Shown: positions 1 through 12,260, counted from the stretch's first letter. The stretch: DNA of 64,000 nucleotides from the human T2T-CHM13v2.0 reference genome, Homo sapiens (GCF_009914755.1 NC_060936.1); one strand, 5' to 3'. Numbers and translations: made by a program. The notes: generated by a model not told the origin, from the sequence alone.

Positions 1-157
1 CTTGCTCTGTCTCCTGCCCTCTCTCCTTGTCTTTCTCTCTCTTTGTGGATATGTGTGCAAAGATCAGACTCCAAAATCAAAAGAATAAAGTTTTCCAAGT
101 GGTTCAAGTCAATTCAAAAACTGCAAAGAGGATAAAAATAGTTCCTAGTCTCTAGAA

Positions 158-371
158 CAATGTTCAGCAAACTATGGCCCACGGGCCAAATATGGCTCGC
201 TGCATGTAAATATAGTTTTATTGGAACATAGCCATGTTTGTTTCCATATTGTCTATGACTGCTTTTGCACTTCAATGACAGGGTTCAATAGTTGCTACAG
301 AAATGGTATTGCCTGAGAAACCTAAAATATTTACTCTCTGGCTCATTATAGAAAACATTTACTTACTCATG
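158..371 (+). mobile_element. MER58A-like hAT-Charlie MITE
   Basis: CAGCAAACTATGGCCCACGGGCCAAAT...GTTTTATTGGAACATAGCCA...CCTAAAATATTTACT resembles MER58A. Degenerate 8-bp TSD CTCTAGAA/CTATAAAA. Confidence 0.8.
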
Positions 372-1416
372 CTATAAAAGCTTACATTTAGTGTGGGAGT
401 GCTGTGGAGAGTAATGGGCAAGGAGACATAGATGCCTGTTTGCTCACCTTTATTATATGTTATGCTGGATAAGGAGGCAAAGTCATTTGTGTTTCCATTG
501 TATTTTGTATATATTTCTTTTAAAGCACTTGCCAATAGGCAATTGCAGTTATTATTTCTAAATACTTGTCTCCCCTAGTATTTAACTGTGTTTCTTTTAA
601 AAACACTTATTGAAGACCTACTTTGTGCCAGGTATGGAAGATATGGTAGCAAACAATAACAGCAAAATATTGACTCTCTTTCATGGGATTTCCAATCAAG
701 GCCAATTGTTGCAAATCCAAATGTTTTCAGGGAACAGGTTGGTAATGTAAATGAGTGAAGCAGCACAGGTATAGGCCACTTTCTTTGACTATTAAGTGTG
801 TAGAAAGAACTTTCACTTCCACAGAGTTTGTGCTATTCCTTGGTTTTATTGAAACATGAGTTTCTCTTAGATTATCCTTCAGTTTTCCAATTATGATAGA
901 GACATCTTTGAGATATATTTCTCTTCTATGAGAAAATAATGTGTGATGGCTGAGGGGGGCTGACACTTGGCTTTCATGTCAGGAAAACAATAAAGAATGA
1001 TGGGGACTATGACACACTGGAGACCACTCACTTCTTCAAAGGGAACTCCAGCTACTCAACTCCAGAGTATTATTGTCATATAGGAATGGTAAATCCTTCT
1101 TCTTCCTCCCCTTCCTCCTCTTCCTCCAGCTTTTCATCTTCTGCTTGTCCTTTTTCTTCTCCATCTCCTTCTTTTGAGGGGACAGAGAGAAGCTGAAGAG
1201 CTAATCTGAATTTTATGTGAACTTCTAATTTTTAAATGTTGACTAAATTTATAACATACTGGGCAGGCCAAACTCAGTATATGTGCTGGTCAGATTTTGT
1301 TCACAGTCCATCACTTTGTGTTCCCTGTGTGAGAACGGTTTAAGGTCCTTGGGAACAAATACCTTGGTGTAAAAATGACAATATTCTCAGTGATTCTTTA
1401 ATTGTGTGTTATTAGT

Positions 1417-1774
1417 TGTGTTAGTCCATTCTCATGCTGCTAATAAAGACATACCCCAGACTGGGTAATTTATAAAGGAAAGAGGTTTAATGGACTCACA
1501 GTTCCACATGGCTGGGGAGGCCTCACTGTCACAGTGGAAGGTGAAGAAAGAGCAAAGGGATGTCTTACATGGCATCAGGCAAAAGGGTATGTGCAGGGGA
1601 ATTTCCTTTATGAAACCATCAGATCTCATGAGGCTTATTCACTATCACAAGAATAGCACTGATAAAGCCCATCCCCACGATTCAATTACCTCACACCAGT
1701 CTCTCCCACCACACGTGGGGATTATTATAATTCAAGGTGATACTTAGATGGGGACACAGATCCAAACCATGTCA
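1417..1774 (-). mobile_element. THE1C-like 3' LTR
   Basis: TGTGTTAGTCCATT...CCAAACCATGTCA. Shares GGGATTATTATAATTCAAGGTGA with the LTR at 3806-4164. Confidence 0.88.
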
Positions 1775-1839
1775 TTTTACCCCTAGGCCCTCCCAAATCT
1801 CATGTCCTCACATTTCAAAACCAATCATGCTTTCCCAAT

Positions 1840-2204
1840 TATATTAGTAAATTTGCACACTGCTGATAAAGACATACCTGAGAGCAGGTAATTTATAAAG
1901 AAAAAGGTTTAATGGACTCACAGTTCCATGTGGCTAGGGAGACCTTGCAATCATGGCAGAAGGCGAAAGACACATCTTACATGGCAAAAGACAAGAGAAA
2001 AAATGAGAGCTTGTGTAGGAAACTCCCCTTTGTAAAACCATCAGATCTCATGAGACTTATTCACTATCATGAGAACAGCAGTGGAAAGACCCCCTGCTCC
2101 CATGATTCAATTACCTCCCACTGGGTCCCTCCCATGGCACATGGGAATTGAGGGAGCTACAATTCAAGATGAGATTTGGGTGGGGACACAGTCAAACCAT
2201 ATTA
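1840..2204 (-). mobile_element. Extra THE1 LTR of a different subtype (THE1B-like)
   Basis: TATATTAGT...CAAACCATATTA. Has GGGAGCTACAATTCAAGATGAG where the outer LTRs have ATTATTATAATTCAAGGTGA. Confidence 0.85.
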
Positions 2205-3805
2205 TTCTGCCCCTTGTCCCTCCCAAATCTCATGTTCTCACATTTCAAAACTAATAACACCTTCCCAAGAGTCTCTCAAAGTCTTAACTCATTTCAGCAT
2301 TAACTCAAAAGTCTACAGTCCAAAAAGTCTCATCTGAGACAAGGCAAGTTTCTTCCACCTAAGAGCCTGTAAAATCAAAAGCAGGTTAGTTACTGTCTAG
2401 ATACAGTGGGGGTCCAGGCAATGGGTAAATATACCTGTTCCAAATGGGAGAAATTGACCAAAATGAAGGGACTGCAGGCCCCATGAAAGTCTGAAATCCA
2501 GCAGGGCAGCCAAATCTTAAAGCTCCAAGATGAACTCCTTTGACTGCATGTCTCACATCCAGGTCACACTGATGCAAGAGGTGGGCTCTCATGGCCTTCG
2601 GCAGCTTCACCCTTATGGCTTTTCAGGGTACAGCTCCCCTCCAGGCTGCTTTCCTGGGCTGGTATTGAGTGTTTGTGGCTTTTCCAGGTGCACAGTCTAA
2701 GCTGTTGGTGAATCTACCTTTCTGGGGTCTGGAGAATCGTGGCCCTCTTCTCACAGCTCCACTAGACAGTGCCCCAGTGAGGACTCTGTGTGCGGGCTCC
2801 AACCACACATTTCCCTTCCGCACTGCCCTAGCAGAGGTTCTCCATGAGAGCCCCATCACTGCAGCAAACGTCTGCCTGGACATCCAGGTGTTTCCATACA
2901 TCCTCTGAAATCTAGACAGAGGTTCCCAAACCTCAATTCTTGACTTCTGTGCACCTGCAAGTTCAACACCATGTGGAAGCTGCCAAGGCTTGGGCTTACA
3001 CTTTCTGAAGCCATGGCCTGAGCTGTGCCTTGGCCCCTTTTAGCCATGGCTGGAGCAGCTGGGATGCAGGGCACCAAGTCCCTGTGCTGCACAGAGCAGA
3101 GGGACCCTGGGCCTGGCCCTTGAAACCATTTTTTCCTCCTAGACCTCCAGGCCTGTGATGGGAGGAGCTGCAACAAAGTCCTCTGACATGCCCTGGAGAC
3201 ATTTTCTCCACTGTCCTGGTGATTAACATTTGGCTCCTCGTGACTTGTGCAAATTTCTGCAGCCCGCTTGAATTTCTCCTCAGAAAATGGATTTTTCTTT
3301 TCTGTGGCATTGTCAGTCTACAAATTTTCCAAACTTTTATGCTCTGCTTTCCTTTTAAACATAAGTTCCAATTCCAAACCCATATCTTTGTGAATACATC
3401 AAACTGAATGCTTTTAACAGCACCTCTTGAACACTTTACTACTTAGAAATTTCTTTCACCAGATGGCCTAAATCATCTCTCTCAAGTTCAAAGTCCCACA
3501 AATCTCTAGGGCAGGAGCAAAATGCCTCCAATCTCTTTGCTAGAACATAACACTAGTCACCTTTGCTCTAGTTCCCAACAAATTCCTCTTCTCCATCTGA
3601 GACCACCTCATTGTCCATATCACTAATCAGCATTTTGGTCAAAACCATTCAACAAGTCTCTAGCAAGTTCCAAACTTCCCCACATTTTCCTGTCTTCTGA
3701 GCCCTCCAAACTGTTCCAACCTCTGCCTGTTACCCAGTTCCAAAGTCGCTTCCACATTTTCAGGTATCTTTACAGCAACACCTCACTCTACTGGTACCAA
3801 TTCAC

Positions 3806-4164
3806 TGTATTAGTCCATTCTCATGCTGCTAATAAAGACATACATGAGACTGGGTAATTTATAAAGGAAAGAGGTTTAATGGACTTACAGTTCCACATGG
3901 CTGGGGAGGCTTCACAATCATGGTGGAAGGTGAAGGAGGAGCAGAGGCACATCTTACATGGCAGCAGGCAAGAAAGCATGTGCAGGGGAACTCCCTTTAT
4001 AAAACCATCAGATCTCGTGATGCTTATTCACTATCATGAGAACAGCATGGGAAAAACATGCCCCCATGATTCAATTACCTCCCACTGGGTCCCTCCCACC
4101 ACACTTGGGGATTATTATAATTCAAGGTGACATTTGGGTGGGAACACAGAGCCAAACCGTATCA
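3806..4164 (-). mobile_element. THE1C-like 5' LTR
   Basis: TGTATTAGTCCATT...CCAAACCGTATCA, adjacent to the internal leader CTGGTACCAATTCAC. Confidence 0.88.
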
Positions 4165-4299
4165 TTAGTATTTCTATTTTACAAATAAAACTGATGTTCA
4201 GATAGAAGTAACTGGTCTGAAGTCCTGAAAAATGCCTCCCTCTCTCTCCAAGAAAATACTGCCAAAAACACAGGACATTTGTAATCATTTAAAGAGACG

Positions 4300-4399
4300 A
4301 TATATGTGAAAATTATTTTGTAAACTATAAAGCATTGTGTTTTATGTGAAATATATGTGAAAGTTACTTTGTTAACTGTAAAGCTTGTGCTTATATTGG
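4300..4399. repeat. ~50-bp degenerate tandem duplication
   Basis: ATATATGTGAAAATTATTTTGTAAACTATAAAGC (4300) vs ATATATGTGAAAGTTACTTTGTTAACTGTAAAGC (4351). Confidence 0.8.
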
Positions 4400-6194
4400 T
4401 ACATATTGGTGCTTATATTAGTATATAAAGTGATAAAAGAAAGCTTCCACGTGATCTGTAAGAGTGAGGGAGAGAGGGATTTATTTGCTGCCAGAGACTT
4501 TGATGTGGACTTCCACAGAAGGCTGGGACTTTGAACATGTGGAAAAAGAGCATATCCCAGGCAGAGGGAACTGCCTGAACAAAGGCCAGAGCATTCTTTC
4601 CTAAAAGATTTCTGGGAAGCCCATTGAAGCAAAGGCGTTTGAGAAATGCTGGCCTAGAAATAAGTAGCTCTAACTTCCCTTGGGGAACTGAGCATAATTG
4701 TGTGATGGAAACACAGTTGTGCCTACTGAACACATGTTTGGAGAGTTGGAAAACTGCCAAATTGCAGATGGCCTGAAGGGCAAGTCTGGAGAATCTGAAC
4801 TTTATTCTGTAGGAAACAGGCATTAGTAGGGGTTTTAGGCAGGCAAGAAATATCTTTATACTTGAGTTTAAGAGGAAAATACACTCCTTTAACAGGCATA
4901 GGCATGATGGATAGCTTTGGGGAATTGACTGGAGGCTGGGAAACAGGTTTATTCATCTAGGAAGACAGCCAAGAAGTACAAATGAAGGGTAGAATTGGGA
5001 AACATTTTCCATAGTCATTCTCATATCTTTGATAAAGGTGGATTTTAATAAGGAGATATTTAGATCTGGCCTATAGATCCATTCCAGAGAACTTAAAGAA
5101 TTTTTACATCACTAAACTTGATCCTTCTGTCACCAGCAGTTTAGAGACATGAAAGCACCGGAGAGAATGATATACATTCATTTTTATTTAGAAAAATTTA
5201 AGTATGTGATGAAAAATCCATTTGGTGGTACCTGATGTTCTGATGTTCATGAAATATGGTGCACTGGGTTTATAAGCTGGATCTGCAATAAGGATATGTT
5301 CTTCTAGGCTGTTGGTAGGAAGCTTCTAATACCTCCCTTCTCTTTTTTTTAGTGGCAGTGTTTAGACTTTACTCCATTTACTTGCTTCAGAATATTATCC
5401 AGTTTAGCAACTCATACCAACTTGTTCTCTTGTCATTATTTCTAGATTTCTTAGGCAGATTGTTTTTTTTTTTTTTTCTTTTCCCTTGTAGAATTCTTTA
5501 TCTAACAGGTAATAACTCAAATGCTTCGTCAAAGGCTGGTTTTCCAGGCCTGTTGGAGACAGACCACTTGGATAAGAAACAGTCAAGAGACTTTATCATC
5601 TGTTTCTCCCATGTCCAAGTGAGTATTCTGTATCCACAGATGTTTTAATAGTATAGGTGTCTGATATCTCTTTGTAAGTCTCTAATTTCTACTTTAGCTT
5701 GTAAATAGCCATCTCAAGAGAAAACTAGAGAAAAAAATATGAGTAGATGGAGTTTATGCAGATTGATTCAGATTAGCATTATTCATTAACCTCGGCAGTT
5801 TGTGCTGGTTAGTAATCGCCAACACACCACACTTTGGAAGGTGACTTAGGTGGTGTAAATGTCCCTTCAAAGATGTTTTTGCTATTTCATTTAAAAGGCA
5901 ATGAATTAGCACTGGACATCTGCCATCTATAATTTCTAACTAGTAGAAGTGCTCTTCTATATAACATATTAGATTTTAGTGCTGAGAAAATTTCACCATC
6001 AAATAATATTTTGTTTCTCTAGTGGGAAAAATAATTGAAGACCAGAATAATGTCAGGAGTGATAATAAAATTTACATATGATTTTTGGACACAAATTGTT
6101 TACAGTTTATTTTTAAAGCACCAAGTAAATACATATTTAGATCAGGAAATATATATTGTTGATATGACATTATTTTAAAACAGACTCAATTTTT

Positions 6195-6447
6195 ATGGTC
6201 TGGAGTGTGATAGCTCAAATTCTGGAGACAGATGGACCTGGGTTCCATCTTAGTTCAGTCTCCTGTTAGGCGTGACATGGATAAATTACTTAACCTCTAT
6301 GAACTTCAATTTCCTGTGCAAAATGAGGATAATAACAGCTACTTTATAGAGTGGTTTTGAGGATTAAGTAGACAGTGCTTAGAAAGCACTTAGCAGAGTA
6401 CATAGTACAGGGTAGGCCCTTCTTAAATGGTAGCTATAATTATTATT
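6195..6447 (+). mobile_element. MIR SINE, near full length
   Basis: CTGGGTTCC...GTGACATGGATAAATTACTTAACCTCT...AAAATGAGGATAATAA...TGAGGATTAA follows the MIR core. Confidence 0.85.
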
Positions 6448-6611
6448 GAATCAGATCCTTCCAAAAATTAATCTATTCCTTGATTTTAATTTTGACATAT
6501 AATTTTGAAATAAATTCTTTCAGGCATTTCTTTGTGGAGTTTGAAATAAGAATGAATGGTTTTAGAATCTATGATCTGCCATTTACTTAACTGTGTGACT
6601 GTGGACAAATC

Positions 6612-7216
6612 ATTCATTCATTCATCTATTCATGCATTTATTCAATGTAACTTGGTGCCATTATATGCTAAGTTTTAGGCATTGGAGCTAAAGAGGTAAA
6701 GAAGAAAGACAAGTTCTTTATCCTTATAACTGACATTCTAATATCACATGTTGACTACCAAAAATGGAATGAAATAAAACATGAAATGATAATTAAAAAG
6801 AACATAATTTAAAATGGTTTTATAAGGAGTGTAAAAATAGACTATTATTTTGGAAGGTAATTGGGAGGGGCAGATAGATAGTGTGGCCAGGTCCGAGAAG
6901 ATGTATTTCATTTAGGACTTAAATCACGAACAGTTGAACATGCAAGGATCTGTGAGAACATTCCAGATAGAGAGAACTGTATGTGCCAAAGCCCTGAGAG
7001 GGTAATAGCCTTGGTGGGGAGGGACAGGAAGAGGCCTCGTGCAGCTGGAATGCAGTGTGTGAAGGGGAAATGGTGGGTGATGAGAACAAAAAGGCAGATA
7101 GGGCCAGATGAGGAAGGCCTGGTATATTATGGTAAAGAGTTTGGATCTAATGTTAAGATGAATAGGAAGCCATTGGAGAATTTTAATCAGGAGGAAGGCA
7201 TGTTCTGATTTTCATT
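6612..7216 (-). mobile_element. L2 3' fragment inserted in a MIR (MIR halves ~6555-6612 and ~7217-7350)
   Basis: (TCAT)n tail and L2 3' motifs (TGTGCCAAAGCCCTGAG, GGAAGCCATTGGAGAATTTTAA). MIR core is split at GGACAAATCAT|TTAACC. Confidence 0.7.
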
Positions 7217-7379
7217 ATTTAACCTTTTCCTGGGTTCTGTTTCTTATGCATAAAATGTAGACAATAATAGTAGTTACCTGATAGGATGTTGGGGCATTAA
7301 ATGAGATATTGTGGGTAAAGTAATGGCATATATAACCACAAAATAAACATTAGTTTTTTTTTAAATGTATTTTTACAGC

Positions 7380-7585
7380 TGCTGTGGAATGAACTGGGTG
7401 CCTCCAGAATTCCCAACTGAAGCCCTAACTTGCAGTGTGACTGTATTTGGAAATAGGACCTGCAGGAAGTAATTAAGCCTAAGTGAGGTCATAAGGGTAG
7501 GGCGCTAATCCGATAAGTCTGGTGCCTTATGAGAAGAGGAAGAGACACCAGAGCTGTCTTTCTACCATGTGAGGACACAGCGAGG
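7380..7585 (+). mobile_element. MLT1A-like MaLR LTR, 5' half
   Basis: TGCTGTGGAATGAA...GTGACTGTATTTGGAAATAGG...AAGAGGAAGAGACACCAGAG...CCATGTGAGGACACAG. Confidence 0.8.
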
Positions 7586-10174
7586 CTTGTTGGTGTTGAT
7601 TACATGGGTATGTTTGATTTGTGATAATCCATTAAGCTATGCAGTTATGTTTTGTGCACTTTTTTGTATAATGTTTTACCACAACAAAAATGCAAATTCA
7701 GGAAACGAAAAAATTAGATAAAAAATAGGCTACAACGTAGATTAAATACAGAGCTTAAGATAGTTTATCTCAAATGTATAAGGAGCATGAATTCTTTGCA
7801 GAACTAAGAAGCAGTATTAGATCCTTGTGCTTGTGTCAGTGGCCATGCCCATGGCAGGCCTAGGTTTGGGCTGATTGTCCAGGATCTATAAGTAGGATTG
7901 GCTTCAGCTGGGCAGGAGAGAGCAGGGCGGGGCTTTCACATAGGCGCACTGTGAGGTAAGCCGGCAGGGGGCTAGCTGGTATCTGGGAGGCCTGGCAGTG
8001 GTCTGTAGACAGGTGTCCTGGCTAGTGGGTTAGGGCTCTCAAACTGGCAGCAGGCAGGCAGTGAGTGTCCAAGCCGGCAGGTGGTCAGTGCGGGGAGTCC
8101 TTATAGCATGTAGTTCTGACCATGCCATGATAATAGGGTTCAGGGACCGGCCTTCACATCATGAGAGAGTTGGAGGAAAAAGATTGAATTAAAGTCTCAG
8201 AGAAAGAGAGTACAAGGGAGAAAATAAGGCAGCGACTTAGTTCTTGAAAGTGGGGTACAATGCGGAGGTTTGGTCGTAAGAGTCTCAGAGCCTGAAGCTA
8301 TTTTGAGCCTACAGGTGGGAGTTAAGTGTTTGCAGCTGTACAGCTTGCAGGCTAGGAGAGGGAACCAGACTGCTATACAATTTATAGTACCTAGGAAAAA
8401 ATAATAGCAACATAAAATGTTAGTACCAGAAGGGACCTTAAAACTCATCTAACTCAATTCCTAATATTATTGAATATATACCACCTGTATGAAACACCAC
8501 TGGTTGCTTTTAATAAGCTAATCTGTCTGATCCTCCTAACCACCCTGTGAATGAAATAGTTACTATTTTTCTTACAGATGGATCAGAGAAGTTAAGTAAC
8601 TTCCTCTGTGTCACACAGCCCAGTCAATACGTTTGCTGAAATCTGTACTGTTTTAAAGCCCTGTGCTCGTTGTACTTCATTGCATACCAAGTTATGGCAC
8701 AGTGGGCTCTGTAATTAAGCCTCCTCGACTTCTAGGTTTATTCCATATACAACACAACAGAAAGGACTAATTGTACTTACATGTATTGACTGAAAAGGAG
8801 AGGATCTAAGATTTCAATATCTCTCCTATCTCACTTGAGCTAAAAACATGGATTAACTGATTATTTACACTGTAAGCATTGGGTTCCTGTGTCTGAAGGT
8901 TGTTGAAAATCTGATTTGTGCCTGAAATGGCCTCAAACACAGAGAAATGGTTGAATGGATCCAATTGTATTATAGGGTTCCAGCTGAATTGTTCTATGTA
9001 CAGCCTCAGTTTAGGAAAACCAGAGCAAGCTAAAGTAAAAAAAAGAAAAATAGGAAAAAAAACCCAAATAGGAAACTTCTAGCCAACTGTTCTGAAGCTC
9101 TTTCTGGTGAGAAGTGAGCTGATGGAGTAGAGAGAGGCTAATGACACCCTTGCAGCCTACTATCAGAGACCTATTAGCCCTGCGGCAGGAATGGGGAAGA
9201 CAATGGAAGCACTCTGCAGGGATAGAAGAGGAGAAATTTCCAAAGCCACCTGAAACGCTAAATAATTATAGAGAGTCACCTGAAATTTAGCCAGAAACAC
9301 AGCATGGACAAGTCACTTAACACCTTTATTCATCCTGTCTGAATTGCAGATAAAAGCTTTTTATCTACTTACCTTATAGAGACATAAGAATACATGTAAT
9401 TTCTGTTGTAAGATTCTTCCAATTATTTCACAAAGAATACTATCTAAAGACAACGTGTTGTTATTACCGTTTCTTTTTGCTTTGTGTCTAGGGAGATTTT
9501 GAAAGATGCTATAAATGAGTCAGATGCGTGTCATGGATAATATCTCCATCCCCCAGGAGTTTGAAATCTGTGGATGGCAAGCTATTTTTATCCCCAGCAC
9601 CTAAATGTAGAAATGCAAATAAACACATATTGATATGTACATAATATATAGAGAAGATGCCATTGTCATAGTTATATTGTGTTAATCATCTTCATGTTAG
9701 TCAAATGAGTCTTCTCTCTATATATCTTGCTATATGCGTTGCTCCTTTTTTCCTTCCTGCTAGTGCTCATTCTGCATTCCTTGTCAGAAATGTCTGCATT
9801 TATTGAGATGTTATTTCACTTTCAAGTCCCTTTTCTAATCTTAACTTTTCCTTGATCTTGTCAGCTTTCCCTGATCTTTTTTTTCTTGAGTTATTATTGT
9901 AGTTATCTACAGAATATGGCTATTAATTATTTTCTAGTTGTTCCACATATCCTATTTGGCACAATTTTCAGCCTCTATAGGAACTTTTATTTTATTTTAT
10001 TTTTTATTTTATTTATTTATTTTTATTAGAAAAAATCGCGATCGTATTTAAAAAGGCCACATGATAACAGAACTCAGTAATACGTCCTACTATTTTCTTT
10101 TTTTCCCTAATAGGCCATTTTTTGTTCTATAGGTTTTTGGGGAACAGGTGGTATTCAGTTACATGAGTACATTC

Positions 10175-11139
10175 TTTTTTTTTTTATTATTATACCTTAA
10201 GTTCTAGGGTACATGTGCTCAGTGTGCAGGTTTGTTACATATGTAACAACCTGTGCCATGTGCCATGTTGGTGTGCTGCACCCATTAACTCGTCATTTAC
10301 ATTAGGTATTCCTCTTAATGCTATCCCTCCCCCCTTCCCCCACCCAATGACAGGCCCCATGTGTGCTGTTCCTCACCCTGTGTCCAAGTGTTCTCACTGT
10401 TCAATTACCACCTATGAATGAGAACATGCGGTGTTTGGTTTTCTGTCCTTGTGATAGTTTGCTCAGAATGATGGTTTCCGGCTTCATCCATGTCCCTACA
10501 AAGGACATGAACTCATCCTTTTTTATGGCTGCATAGTATTCCATGGTGTATATGTGCCACATTTTCTTAAACCAGTCTATCATTGATGGACATTTGGGTT
10601 GGTTCCAAGTCTTTGCTATTGTGAATAGTGCCGCAATAAACATACGTGTGCATGTGTCTTTATAGTAGCATGATATATAATCCTTTGGGTATATGCCCAG
10701 TAATGGGATTGCTAGGTCAAATGGTATTTCTAGTTCTAGATCCTTGAGGAATCGCCACATTGTCTTTCACAATGGTTGAACTAGTTTACAGTCCCACCAA
10801 CAGTGTAAAAGTGTTTCTGTTTCTCCACATCCTCTCCAGCACCTGTTGTTTCCTGACTTTTTAATGATCACCATTCTAACTGGTGTGAGATGGTATCTTA
10901 TTGTGGTTTTGATTTACATTTCTCTGATGACCAGTGATGATGAGCATTTTTTCATGTGTCTGTTGGCTGCATAAATGTCTTCTTTTGAGAAGTGTCTGTT
11001 CATATCCTTCACCCACTTTTTGATTGGGTTGTTTGATTTTTTCTTGTATATTTGTTTAAGTTCTTTGTAGATTCTGGATATTAGCCCTTTGTCAGATGGG
11101 TAGATTGCAAAAATTTTCTCCCATTCTGTAGGTTGCCTG
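10175..11139 (-). mobile_element. 5'-truncated L1PA (about L1PA5-6): ORF2 C-terminus and 3'UTR
   Basis: ORF-track peptides WRFLKDLELEIPFD...KKMWHIYTMEYYAAIKK and [27 protein letters not shown] are the L1 ORF2p C-terminus. T-tract at 10175. TSD at 9979-9994 and 11140-11154. Confidence 0.95.
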
Positions 11140-11268
11140 AGGAACTTTATTTTATACATTTTATACGTTGATTTTGGTATCCCATTATGCCATGCACAGT
11201 TCCAGGCACATAAAAATGCTTCACAAATGGTCATTTGTTTCTCCCTCCTCACTGAAGGTCTACTTCTT

Positions 11269-11341
11269 TTCCTTCCTTCCTTCCTTCCTTCCTTCCTTCC
11301 TTCCTTCCTTCCTTCCTTCCTTCTTTCCTTCCTTCCTTCCT
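11269..11341. repeat. (TTCC)n microsatellite
   Basis: Direct reading. Confidence 0.97.
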
Positions 11342-11588
11342 TGCATTAATTTTCCAAGCTGAAACATGAAAATTTTTATCATTCAGAATTTTTCTATGTG
11401 TTGACAAATATTCAAATGCTCTTAAACATTTGAAAATTTGAAAGTGTCTGTTTGATATAATATTGAAAAATGTGCAGACATTCCATTTCAGTCCAGTGTT
11501 GGGACAAGTATTATAACCTAACAAAATGCCCCAGAGGTAAGAAACATGTGGTTCTCTCAGTCTAGATTTCAATTTATAAAGTGAAGTA

Positions 11589-11911
11589 GGCCAGGTGCTG
11601 TGGCTCACACCTGTAATCTCAATATTTTGGGAGGCCAAGGCAGGAGGGTTGCTTGAGTTCAGGAGTTCAAGACCAGTTTTGGCAACATAGCAAGGCTTTT
11701 AAAAAAACGTATTTAAAAGTAGAAAAGAAATTAGCCAGGTGTGATGGTATGCACCTGTAGTCCCAGCTACTTGGGAGGCTGAGGCAGGAGGATAGCTTGA
11801 GCCTAGAGATCAAGATGGCAGTTAGCTATGACTGCGCCACTGCACTCTAGTCTGGGTGACAGAGTGAGACACTGCCTCAAAAATAAATAAATAAATAAAT
11901 AAATAAATAAA
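11589..11911 (+). mobile_element. AluJ with (TAAA)n tail
   Basis: Dimeric Alu with J-type GCTTGAG/GGATAGCTTGAGCC/GCTATGA positions. Confidence 0.9.
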
Positions 11912-12006
11912 ATTTAAAAATAAGCAAATAAATATACTTATATATGGAAAAATATTAATGACTATGGCATGAAAAATAGATTGTGCACACTTGATAAAGA
12001 ATTATT

Positions 12007-12260
12007 GGCCAGGCGCGGTGGCTCATGCCTGTAATCCCAGCACTTTGGGAGGCCGAGGCGGGTGGATCATTTGAGGTTAGGAGTTTGAGACCAGCCTGGC
12101 CAACATGGTGAAACCCCGTCTCTACTAAAAATACAAAAATTAGCTGGGCATGGTGGTACATGCCTGTAATCCCAGCTACTTGGGAGGTGTGCCACTGCAC
12201 TGCAGCCTGGGCGACAGAGTGAGGCTCCATCTCAAAAAAACAAAAACAAAAACAAAAAAA
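12007..12260 (+). mobile_element. AluS with a ~55-bp deletion in the right arm
   Basis: Starts GGCCAGGCGCGGTGGCTCA. Deletion junction GGGAGG|TGTGCCACTGCAC. TSD AAAGAATTATT. Confidence 0.92.

Larger units (their letters stand above)
1417..4164 (-). mobile_element. THE1 (ERVL-MaLR) provirus with three LTRs
   Basis: LTRs at 1417-1774, 1840-2204 and 3806-4164. Internal sequence at 1775-1839 and 2205-3805. Perfect 5-bp TSD TTAGT at 1412-1416 and 4165-4169. Confidence 0.95.

Noticed and set aside
1432-4130. Three similar ORFs (MDSQFHMAGEAS..., MDSQFHVARETL..., MDLQFHMAGEAS...) that look like a small gene family
   Set aside because: They are antisense translations of the three THE1 LTRs.
10401-11252. 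119-aa and 112-aa ORFs with real protein similarity
   Set aside because: C-terminal fragments of L1 ORF2p in a 5'-truncated copy, not a host gene.
11168-11638. ORFs with periodic FLPS/RKEG repeats (also 16614-16937, and HT repeats at 17401-17685)
   Set aside because: Translations of (TTCC)n and (TG)n microsatellites.
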